DNA of 64,000 nucleotides, taken from assembly GCF_963506605.1 (NCBI RefSeq), contig NC_083292.1, positions 40,920,001-40,984,000 on the forward strand. Reading direction: 5' to 3'. Shown here piece by piece: positions 47,601-57,496 of this stretch (position 1 is its first letter; every line of letters begins with the position of its first letter). Below the pieces are notes generated by a model. It was not told the DNA's origin, searched no databases, and saw only the letters and a list, made by a program, of their open reading frames with translations. Origin of the DNA: Zootoca vivipara (lineage: Eukaryota). The translations under genes were made by a program, and so were the position numbers.

Positions 47601-48377
47601 TGGCAGACAAATATAGATGTGTTGTTCCCATGAACAGGAGTGATTCACATCACTCAAATATACAGAGCAATAGTTTAGTTACTATTGAGTTCTGGAGAAC
47701 TTTAAAGAAAAGGATGAATGCTTTTTTTCTTATATTAGTTGCAATTTATTTTGAGTTAAATCCTGGGATATTTTGGAATTAGGCTATAATTTATTGCAAT
47801 GATTATCAACAACAGAGACAGCAGTCGTATTATTAAGATTCTGTGTGTTTGCCTTTGGAAATTTCACATATTTATCACACATATGTGTCAGTACTAAAAG
47901 CTGTTGATTTCAAAACAGAAAAATGGTTTAAAAGAGCTACTCACAATTGTGTGTTTGCTCACTACCAACTGACACTGTTTATAGTTACCAATATTGATTG
48001 AGCAAATCTACCCTCAACCATAAATACTGGAACTATTTAAAGGGGGGGAAGATGGTGAATAATGATGAAATAATATCACAAATGCAGAATATTTTGATTG
48101 CAGGTGTATAATATGGTTAGCAAAGTACATCTCCTTACAGATTGTCATCAAAAAGTTCAGTGGATGGGGGCTTCTCGAAGGTTGGCGTACTTGAAGTTAT
48201 ATAAAGCTGTGACATAATGCCAGCAATGATGAGGTCTCCAGACTGATAATATTGGTGAAGAATAGGAAGAGGGTCCCAGATGCAACATTGAGAAATAACA
48301 ACCTTGCATGCAACTGGTAGCAGCAGCAACAGTAACCAGTTTGCAAATAGGGGGTTGAAGGGGAAAATCTTCATCAT
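40705..48377 (-). CDS. V2R: V2R gene E, complete six-exon vomeronasal type-2 receptor (~880 aa)
   Basis: Join of 48139-48377, 46396-46687, 44722-45564, 43696-43923, 43009-43135, 40705-41618 = 2643 nt, open frame; exact start ATG uncertain. Confidence 0.95.
42151..42682 (+). mobile_element. Solo LTR (532 bp)
   Basis: TGTCAGGGG..CCCCTGACA termini; 5-bp TSD GGTTC; AATAAA near 42613. Confidence 0.85.
42738..42827 (+). mobile_element. 90-bp hAT MITE (copy 2)
   Basis: 15-bp TIR; 8-bp TSD AGTGTCTG. Confidence 0.9.
43009..43135 (-). CDS. V2R: V2R gene E exon 5
   Basis: 127 nt; [28 protein letters not shown]. Confidence 0.93.
43431..43520 (+). mobile_element. 90-bp hAT MITE (copy 3)
   Basis: 15-bp TIR; 8-bp TSD TTCCTCAT. 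Confidence 0.9.
43696..43923 (-). CDS. V2R: V2R gene E exon 4
   Basis: 228 nt; [23 protein letters not shown]. Confidence 0.94.
44459..44702. mobile_element. hAT-type MITE next to the gene E exon 3 donor
   Basis: TIR TAGGGTTGCCATA / TATGGCAACCCTA; TSD degenerate. Confidence 0.75.
44722..45564 (-). CDS. V2R: V2R gene E exon 3
   Basis: 843 nt; LIYGSSP..HSWQ|GTAATG. Confidence 0.95.
45857..46012 (+). mobile_element. Penelope-like terminal repeat fragment
   Basis: Flanking duplication TAACTGGACATAAT (45843-45856 / 46010-46023); contains a hammerhead motif. Confidence 0.75.
45870..45907 (+). ncRNA. Minimal type I hammerhead ribozyme motif
   Basis: GUAU CUGAAGA A GUGUGC AU GCACAC GAAA GCUC AUAC. 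Confidence 0.68.
46396..46687 (-). CDS. V2R: V2R gene E exon 2
   Basis: 292 nt, ends KMPQ|GTAAGT. Confidence 0.95.
47385..47560 (+). mobile_element. CR1 3' end
   Basis: GGACTAGATGA..GGTCCCTTCCAACTC..TTCTATGATTCT tail. Confidence 0.8.
48139..48377 (-). CDS. V2R: V2R gene E exon 1
   Basis: [33 protein letters not shown]; donor GTAAGG. Confidence 0.88.
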
Positions 48378-48588
48378 TCCCCACACTGTCATTTGAGTGT
48401 CCCTGAATAACAACATCTGAGCAGAATAGCCACACATGTAGCTGACACAAAGCCGGAATTGCACGATGTGAAAAAATCAGTAATCAGACTGACAGAGCCC
48501 TGGCTCTCAGTAACACAGCTTGTGAATGACATTGGGGATATTAATAACACCCAGAAGCCTTGGTTCATAAGTCTGCATTTGTCCGTTG

Positions 48589-48662
48589 GAATTCCCTAAC
48601 AGCAAGGAGAAGAAGTAGACATAATTATGATTAATTTTATAATTACAGGAAAGACCATAATC
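48589..48662 (-). promoter_or_regulatory. Conserved V2R upstream module (gene E)
   Basis: GAATTCCCTAA..ATAATTATGATTAATTTTATAATTACAGGAAAGACCATAAT. Confidence 0.62.
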
Positions 48663-49157
48663 TGCTCTGGCTTTTAAATGTTTTGTCACATTGCAAGAAA
48701 AAAAAACATGTTTTTCATATCTCACCAAAGTCTTAACTGGCCCTCCTGAATGGGAGATCAAAAAAGTTATGAGAAACAGTGGAAACATCTGTGGAAATCG
48801 GAACCACACACACACACACATTCTACAAATGGATAACCATTTTCTAATAAACCTATTTATTGATGTTGCATATAATCTTGAATAAATTCTAACAGGGCCA
48901 TCTTTTCAAAATTTGAATACATTCATAACCCAAATTAAATATCCAATGCCTGAGAGTAATCATATGTATTTCCCAATATGTATTAAGAGCTTCAATCAAT
49001 TAAAATACAGATTAAGATCAGATTAAGATCAAAGTAAAATCAGATGGCAACCCACTGGGCCAGCTATTTATGCTGGTCTTATACGGATTGGTGGGAAGAG
49101 CTAGGGAGGCCGCTTACATGCAGGGGCTTATAGAAGGTTCTTATAAAGGAGGGGGGT

Positions 49158-49666
49158 CATGGGCGTAGGCAGGGGGCAGGAGGGGGCAATTGCCCCCTCC
49201 TAGAAGCAGGGCCGCTGGTCAGCCTGCCCCGGTGCCGTCTCCCTTCTCCCTGGCTGGCTGAGGGGCGGGAGGAGGGAAAGCCCCAGAGCCGCGCAAAGCG
49301 TTTGGCTGGCTTTCCCTCCGCCCGCCCCACAGCCAGCAAGGGAAAAGGAAGGCTGGCTGTGGGGCGGGCAGAGGGAAAGCCAGGCAACCGCTTTGCGCGG
49401 CTCTGGGGCTTTCCCTCCACCCGCCCCGGTGATCATGGAGGGGGAGGAGGGGATCGGAGCAGCCCGATTTCGGGCTGATCCTGGCGCCCCCTCGCCCCTG
49501 CCGATCGCGATGGGGGAGGAGGGAGTCGGAGCAGCCCGAAATAGGGTTAGGGTTGGAGGGAAAGCTGGCAAGGGAGAAGGGAGCTTTCCTTGCCCCACTG
49601 TGGCCCCTCCCCCTCCCCTTGGCCCCGCCCCTTGCCCCCCTAATTTTCATCCTGGCTACGCCCCTG
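49158..49666. mobile_element. GC-rich non-autonomous DNA transposon (hAT-like)
   Basis: CATGGGCGTAG..CTACGCCCCTG termini; near-TSD A(G)6-7T; internal inverted and direct repeats. Confidence 0.7.
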
Positions 49667-49789
49667 AGGGGGGGTCAGACTGGGCCCTGACCAATCATGG
49701 TGGAACAGCTCCGTCTTGCAGGCCCTGCAGAAATCCTGCAGGGCCCTGGTCTCTTGCAACAGAGCATTCTACAAGTCCGGGGCCAGCGC

Positions 49790-50120
49790 CTGGTGAGAAT
49801 AGTAATAAATGCCTTGGAATTTTATGAAAGAAATATCAATAAACCATTTGCAATGTTCTTTTGGGACACAGAAAAGGCTTTTGATTATGTATCTTGGGTC
49901 CTCTTAAGAAAATTAATTGAAATCATGGGATTTTGAGAAAACTGGAAGAGCTATTACTGCCATACATTCAGAACAATATGCAAATTTAATAGTAAATGGA
50001 ATACTTTCAGAGAAGCGTAGTTATGAAGGGTGCAATATAAGGTTGCCCACTTTCACCACTATTGTTTATTTTGGTTGTAGAGATGTTGTGAATCAAGGAC
50101 CAGCCACCCGCTTGAAGATA
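49790..50120 (+). mobile_element. L1-clade RT fragment
   Basis: FFWDTEKAFDYVSW..IMGF..GCPLSPLLFILVVE. Confidence 0.75.
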
Positions 50121-50820
50121 AGAAAGACAAAAGGAGACAATGTATTTAGGTTAATGGGCTAAAGAAGGCCACAGCTGTTATTTGTTACAGCATGTGAGTG
50201 GTATTGGCTTAGGCATTGGATCAAACAAACTATACATGACTCCACCCCGCTCAGCAGGGAGTCATTCAAGTGTTAACAACCAGAAGGTGGAGCTTGTTGA
50301 TGCAAATACAACTAGAAGCTTCCCCTGATGTCACCGGGGGTCGTGCCATGGCCCTAGCCACCAGCAGGGCACCAGACAGGATCCACAACTGCTGGATCCC
50401 TTTAACGGAATACCCAACAAGTAGAGGGGTAGGCAATGGCCACAACCTGCCCTCCAATACACCACACATATTCCAATGCCTAACCGCCAATACCTGAAAA
50501 GTTGTGACAATTTGCTACGAGGTAGGCGAAAAACCAAGAGTCTGGAGCCAATTTGCCAAACGCATAAAAATTCCAACCAGGCCCCTTGGGCAAGCAACAC
50601 AACCAGCCAAGGTCCATAGCAATGTCAAAAGCATAGAAATGACCTAAAGGGAGGGTGGGCAGGTGATCCAACAAAATCCAGAAGCACAATGAGGGCTCAG
50701 CACTGCCGCACCACCAATTGGCTGGCTGCAGGGGCACGGTGTGGCAGCCGGGACAGCCCCCCTGCCGATGTGGGAACCGGCTCCCACTCCTCCCCTCTGG
50801 AAGGAGGAAAGGCTTTATGT

Positions 50821-51060
50821 AGTCAAACCTCGGTTCCCAAATGCCTCCATTTTGGAACGTTTCGGCTCCCGAATGCCGAAAACCCAGAAGTAAGTGTTCT
50901 GGATTTTGAACGTTTATCAGAAGCTGAACATCTGGTGTGGCTTCCACTTGAGTGCAGGAAGCTCCTGCAGCCAATCAGAAGCTGCACCTTGGTTGTCGAA
51001 GATTTTGGAAGATGAACAGGCTTCTGGAATGAATTACATTCAACAACCAATGTTTGACTG
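50821..51060. mobile_element. Tc1/mariner MITE
   Basis: AGTCAAACCTCGGTT..AACCAATGTTTGACTG-TA. Confidence 0.7.
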
Positions 51061-53758
51061 TAACGATAATAATCTTTAAATCTTTTAATGATAATAAATA
51101 ATTATAAATTTGTTTATGTATACAACAACTGCAGCAAGGATTGGAAAAATAAGTAGTCTAACAGATCGGAAAGAAACATTTTCCTGGGTTTATGCTTTTT
51201 GTAGAATGCTGAATGGGAGGAGTTCTGGAATCCCTGATATCACAAGGGAGGTGGTTCTTAGCCAGTGGGAGGATGAAACGCCCTGAAGAAGAAATTAGAG
51301 AAGAGATTGTTATATGACAACACCAAGGTATCCAAACAGAAAAAGGTCTGGAAGGTGGGAAACATTCCTTAAGAGATGTGATATGTGCAGGGCCTTATTC
51401 CAGGGCCAAAAGCTCACAAAGAGGGGAAATGATCAGGGTGATCTTTTAAATACTAGAACTCAGGTTCATCCAATGGAACGGAGCGCTGGTACATTCTAGG
51501 GCTGTCTACAGGTGAGCTCTCTTGCCAGTGCCCCCAATGGCTGTTTGGCCAATAGCAAACACCAGACAAGCAAGACGTTCTTTGGATTCCACTGAACGGA
51601 GGACTGACAGACTCTTAAGGTAGAGACAAACTTCTATTAATTGGTTAACATTAGCAAAGAAATTGATCAGCAACGTAGAATAGAGTCGAATATAAAGCCA
51701 ACAGCAACTGGAATAAACTACAAAGTTGCAATATTAACCAATAAGCAAACAATCTTAGGCAACAATAATCATATAACAGATAGAATAGGTACAGTTCTAC
51801 ATGTCTCCCCAGCCGATACTGAGATTCGAAAGACATATCTGGGATACTTCAGACTGGCCCCAGGGAGATCAGACTGGCCTCGACCAGAGCCAGGGCCTTT
51901 TCGGCTGTGGCCCCAGACTGGTGGAACGCTCTCTCACAAGAGACCAGGTCCCTGAAAGATTTGGCATCTTTCTGCAGGGCTTGCAAGACAGAGCTCTTCC
52001 ACCAGGCCTTTGTTCTCTGTATAAGAACAAGCACAAAGGAGGTTTCCCAGCCCACTCACAGGTCCTTATAATATCAGTGGAAACAGTTGGTCCTGGTGAA
52101 TATTAACTGCTTTCAATTTTAACCTGAGGATCGTCATTTGTCCAGTTTTCATTTTCATTTATTTGAATTTTCAGATGCATTTTAATCGATTGATGTCTTG
52201 TTTTATGCATATTGTATTGTTTATATGATGTTAGCCACTCTGAGCCTGGCTCCAGGTACAAATAAAAATGTATTATGATTTATTATTAATCTGGAATGGA
52301 ACATAGAACAATGTATCAGAATTTCCCTGTCTCCTTCAGGTCTCATGCCACGCTGGCAACAGATGCAGTTCATGACGTAATGACATTCCCATCCTTTCAT
52401 GTAATTATGTTCCCATACTGCGTGGCCCTCATCCCCCCCCAATGCCATGGAAGAGGTGCTGACCGCGGGAGGCCCAGTAGGCCTCAGGCCGCGCCACCTG
52501 CGTGGCCCCAAACCAGCCCCGATGCCAGGAAGGAGGTGCCAGCCACAGTAAGGCCTAAGCTGGCCCCACCATGGCCCCAATCCCAGGCCCGGCCCCAAGG
52601 GGAAGCCATGAAGGTGAGGAACACTTACCTCACCAAGAATGAAGTTCAGCAATGCACCCAGTAGGAAGAAAACAAAGCCCATTGTCCTGCCGAGATGGGG
52701 TGGGCAACGGCCAACCTGCAGAAAAGTGGGTGGCACTGGGCCAGGTAAGACCCATGCGGTGTGGCAAACCCCACCCACATTCTGGAGGGGGTGTGAGCGG
52801 AAATTACGTTCCCATCCTTTCACTTCTCAAACTGTCACTTTACTTATATTAAAGCTGCAGCTACATTGCAAACCAGGAGCACCGCATTCTGTTTTATTCC
52901 CTGGCAATACAGGTGCCCTGCTCTGATTCATAGGCCCAGTTTGTCAATCCAGATCATGATCCAGATTATGATCAGAAAATACAAGTCTTTGGCAATCCTA
53001 TTTGCTAGCTCGGATGGCTTTGAAACAGAATTAGACAACAGCCCTCTTCGTTCTTTCTTTAAGCCACAGCATCAGATGTCAGGCTGGGTCTTTGCAAACA
53101 GAAAACAAAATGCCACACTTGGAGAGCCTGTGTAACAGCTTCCCCTCTGCTTCTTTTCCAGTTCCAACTCATGGTCTCCAAAATCTTGCTAGATTCAATT
53201 GGATTTATATGCATCTCACTGAGATGGATCTTGTACTCCATATTTTCTGGTGATCAGGAGGTAGTTCTATAATTAAATGTATATACCTTCCATCAAGGGT
53301 GGGGAAGATGTGACCCTCCAGATGTTATTGGTCTACAATGCCCATCACCCTCAACTATGGACCATGATGCCTGTGAAGGAGGGCATTAGCCAGGAACACC
53401 TGAAGACCTCATAGATCCCACACAATCTATTAAATGGTGAACATCTTACTGGAGTCCTGTAAACTAGATGTCCAGGAGTTTAGAGAGGAATTGGATGCAA
53501 AATGAGAATGTGCTATACAGTGTATTACCTAAAACAATTTTCAAAAATGCCTTGGAATCCATATAGAACATCTCTTTTGGTTTAAAGCTGAGATTGATCC
53601 AAGAAAAGGAAAAGAAAGATGCTTCAGTTATATTGGACTCAACAACTTCTTGACGGGAAAGGATGGTCTCACACTGATAGACGCCACTCTGAACCTAATG
53701 TGCGCATAGTGTTATTCTCCATTTGCTGTTGTCTTATTCTAGCTTGTTGTTTCACAGA

Positions 53759-53883
53759 CAAAACTGAGAGGATGGGGAAGCCAAGGCTGGCAAACCGTAG
53801 AGCATTCCAAAGACATGCAGGCAAAACTGAGAGGATGGGGAAGCCAAGGCTGGCAAAGCGTAGATCATTCCGAAGACGTGCAG
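53759..53883 (+). repeat. Two-copy 63-bp tandem repeat
   Basis: CAAAACTGAGAGGATGGGGAAGCCAAGGCTGGCAAA.. at 53759 and 53822. Confidence 0.9.
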
Positions 53884-54242
53884 TGTCCAGAAAGCATGAA
53901 GGAAAAGCAGTGAAAACTGGTGGTCTGTATACAGCGCAGTCATATGGGCTGAGGTTTCTCATAAAGTAGAGGAATGCACAGGAAAGGGAAGTTGATGGAG
54001 AGACAGGCAGGGAGTGGAGCCAGTCATGTTGTGCCAGGGAGGAGTGCCAAAAAAAGCCCATGCAGCCCTTTAGGTGCCGGAGATCCACCAAGCCCCATAG
54101 AAATCCCAAGAGTGAGCCCACTCTTTGCTGCTGGCTGTTGTGTGTGTTTTTAGTGTGTGCAGTCAGGAATGGCTGTACAATTAGGCAGAATGAGGCAGTT
54201 GCCTCAGGTAGTAGGTGCTGGGGTGGGTAGAGATGTGTAGAC

Positions 54243-54988
54243 CAGGGGTCAGCAAACTTTTTTGGCAAGGGGCCGGTCCACTGTCCTTCAGACCTTGTGG
54301 GGGAAAAAAGAATGAATTCATATGCACCCTGCTTTCTTCAGTCATCTCACCCCTTGCTTTTTCCTGCAAGACTAATTGCAGCTGTTAACCATTGTTAACA
54401 TTCGTCCACAGGTTTACCACTCATATCAGCCAATCACCCATTCCCACCACCCTACTGAGTAATACCCCTCCCTGTCCTCTCACTATACATAAGGGTTTAG
54501 TGACTTCTGTTTCAGTGTATCTGAAGAAGTGTGCATGCACACGAAAGCTCATACCTATGACAAACTTAGTTGGTCCCTAAGGTGCTACTGGAAGGATTTT
54601 TTTTAAAAGAATTAATCCGTTCCAGACTTTTAAAAACAAACCCTAAAACAGCAATGTAACATGAATTTTCCTATCTAACGAGACCATTGAGCCATAAATG
54701 CCGGCACCTCTTCCGGGCTTTGGAAGTCTCCAGAGGCCCTCCCACCATTTGCAGCCCTCCCACCAGCAGGGGTGACCCTGGCACTGCGTTTCATTGGTAG
54801 AGCCGCCACCGCGCAGCGCTGCGTTGGCTCTACCAATGAAACGCAATGCTGGGGTCAGCCCTCAGCCCTCATCCCGGTACTGCGCTTCACCCTCGGACTC
54901 TCAGGGGGTCCTTAAATGGCTGTGTGGCCAGGATTTACAACCCTGTCGGGCCTGGCTTGGCCTTCAGACCGTAGTTTGCTGACCCCTG
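54243..54988. mobile_element. hAT-type element with a nested Penelope fragment
   Basis: CAGGGGTCAGCAAACT..AGTTTGCTGACCCCTG; 8-bp TSD GTGTAGAC; Penelope repeat at ~54325-54600. Confidence 0.82.
54517..54554 (+). ncRNA. Minimal type I hammerhead ribozyme motif
   Basis: Identical to 45870-45907. Confidence 0.68.
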
Positions 54989-55517
54989 GTGTAGACCACA
55001 CAAGCTGCACTGCACCTCCTCAGTTTGTCTGCTGCCCCATCAGCAGCATAGAAATAAGAGCCAATGGCCAGCCCAGCTCAGCTTGTTTATGTGGAATTAT
55101 GTGTATGGAGGGAACATCTTGTCATTTGTCTGGGGAGCAGAAAGTAGTATCAAAGGCTACTGTCTTTTGATCCAGACATTGGTCAGAAAAGTTTCCTCAA
55201 GCAGCAAGGCATCTCGGCTTGCTTCCTCCACCTGCTTATCCGCCCAAGTACCCAGTCCTTGAACAGTTGAGTGTCTCTGTCTGGTGGCTGCCACAGCATA
55301 TGGAAACCCTTTTTCCTGGGGTGGCAATGGTATGTTGGCTATTGATGGCTAAAGTAGAATTTTCTTTCTTCAAGCATCAACTTATCAGAACGTGGTTGCC
55401 TTCATCACATCTCCAGCGGGCGAAAGATTAGTCATAATTGAGATTTGCATCCTTGTTGCCATGACACTGATGCTTTACATGCTGTGTAAGTACATCATTG
55501 GTGCACGTTGATACTAC

Positions 55518-56369
55518 TGTCGTGGATTTTGCTTCAATGCCAATAGCATTTCCAAAAAGAGATGGCAGGATCCACCTTCCCTTTACTCCTTTCATCTCTC
55601 TTGTTGGGATTCTGGTGAACACAGAGTTAAAACACTCTGGAGGCGTTCTGATTCTCTGGGTGTCTGCCCACAAGTGATACGTGCAGTTTCCCTTGCTCTG
55701 ATTTCAGTGTTTTGGTTTTGAGTCTGAGTTTCTGCCGGAGAGGAGTGTGTAGGAGAGAGTGCTAGAGATAAGAGCTGCAAACATGCAGCCAGCTTCTGTT
55801 GGTTTTGCTGTTTCTTTTGTGCTTCTGTAATAAAGATGAGTTAGACCAGTTAAACCACAGAGCCTAGGGCTTGCTGATCAGAAGGTCAGCAGTTCGAATC
55901 CCTGTGACGGGGTGAGCTCCCGTTGCTCGGTCCCAGCTCCTGCCAACCTAGCAGTTCGAAAGCATGTCAAAATGCAAGTAGATAAATAGGAACCGCTACA
56001 GCGGGAAGGTAAATGGCATTTCTGTGTGCTGCTCTGGCTCGCCAGAAGCGGCTTTGTCATGCTGGCCACATGACCTGGAAGCTGTACGCCGGCTCCCTCG
56101 GCCAATAATGCGAGATGAGCGCGCAACCCCAGAGTCGGTCACGACTGGATCTAATGGTCAGGGGTCCCTTTACCTTTTAGACTAGAAGCAACGGAGTTGA
56201 GTCTGTTTTATTGAAGACACAGACTGCCATCGTTCCAGCTGCGCTGTAACTCTGCTGGATCCGAACAAGAAGAAGCTTTGCAGAGCGAGCTGGGGAGCGT
56301 GCTGGGCAGCCATTGAAGGTTGGCTGCGTGGGTCTAAGTATTTACGACCCACTAATGAACTTTACAACA
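55518..56369 (+). mobile_element. Probable solo LTR interrupted by a Sauria SINE
   Basis: TGTCGTGGA..TTTACAACA termini; 4-bp TSD CTAC; AATAAA near 55829. Confidence 0.55.
55848..56177 (+). mobile_element. Sauria SINE
   Basis: Homologous to 30998-31336; CCCTTTACCTTT tail. Confidence 0.9.
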
Positions 56370-57397
56370 CTACATTTATCACAACATCTCTTAGATTTCC
56401 GGGGGTGAGTTACAGCTGTCACCCACTGAGAGCAATGGCACTGTTTTGTTCTCCCTGAATAAGTGAGTTCCAGCACTTGGAAGAAAAGCATAAGTCCCTG
56501 GGACACCCTGGACAATTCCCTTCCCCAGTTTGCAAGTCTCTCCTCCTTTCCCAACTAATCCTCATTTGCTGTGGGAGAGCCCCCATTCCTGGTCCTTGCC
56601 ACCCTGCCCTCTACTAATGCTCCATTTCCATGAAGGAAAGTGCTTGGGGGAAACAGGCTGCAGAGGATAAGGCCATGGCCAATGTGTGTGGCTCCAGAGC
56701 CTACCTAGATATTGAGATATATGCAGGGCTTTTTTTTCAGGTAGAATTAACCAGGACCAAGTTCTGGCCCCTCTCAGGTGGGCGCCTCTGCTGTTCTAAG
56801 AGAACAAGGGAGGCATTCATGGTGTGTTCCGGTGCCTCTTTTTCTAGTAAAATAGCACTGGATAGATGAACACATGGCCTGTTTGCCTACATAATTTATT
56901 TTTATAGGGCACTCCAAAGTCAGCAAAGCTCGGGGGGGGAGGGAACCAAATGATCCAAGAATTTGCATATTTTAAGCATACGGCAGAGCATGAGGCAGCC
57001 TGGCAAATGCAAGTCTGTAGGACAAAGAGGACAGGTGTATCTAGATACCCCAAAATCTAAAGCTCTCTAAAGAAGGCCAACCATCTGGTGACAGAAGTAT
57101 CAGGCCAAATGGAAATAGGACTTCAGACCACCAGGGCGGCTTAAATCAAGGCATGGAAACCCTCAATCTAAGGGCTGAGAGCAGAAAATATTAATAGAAG
57201 TCATTTTCATGTTTTTGTTAATTTGATTTTTTTATTTGTCCTTCTTCATAAGGTCCTGAGGCACGTTTGTTGTACAACTTGGCAATTTAAATTCAATATT
57301 AAGAACAGTTTGAAACCAAGTATCCCCCCCCCAGCTTATCAGACTAGCGTGCTAGAACACAATTTCTTCATTCCTTTTCTCCCTACCTCCTTCTTAG

Positions 57398-57496
57398 ATC
57401 AGAAGGAAATGAAAGTAAAAATGGAGTTTCAAGAGGCAGTGAATATAATTCGAACGGTGGTTGTTCGGATTGATCCAATCTTCGAAGGCAAGGATG
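57398..57496 (+). CDS. Putative lectin neck exon
   Basis: Pyrimidine tract + AG, 99 nt, phase 1-1; QKEMKVKMEFQEAVNIIRTVVVRIDPIFEGKD; donor GTAAGC. Confidence 0.65.
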
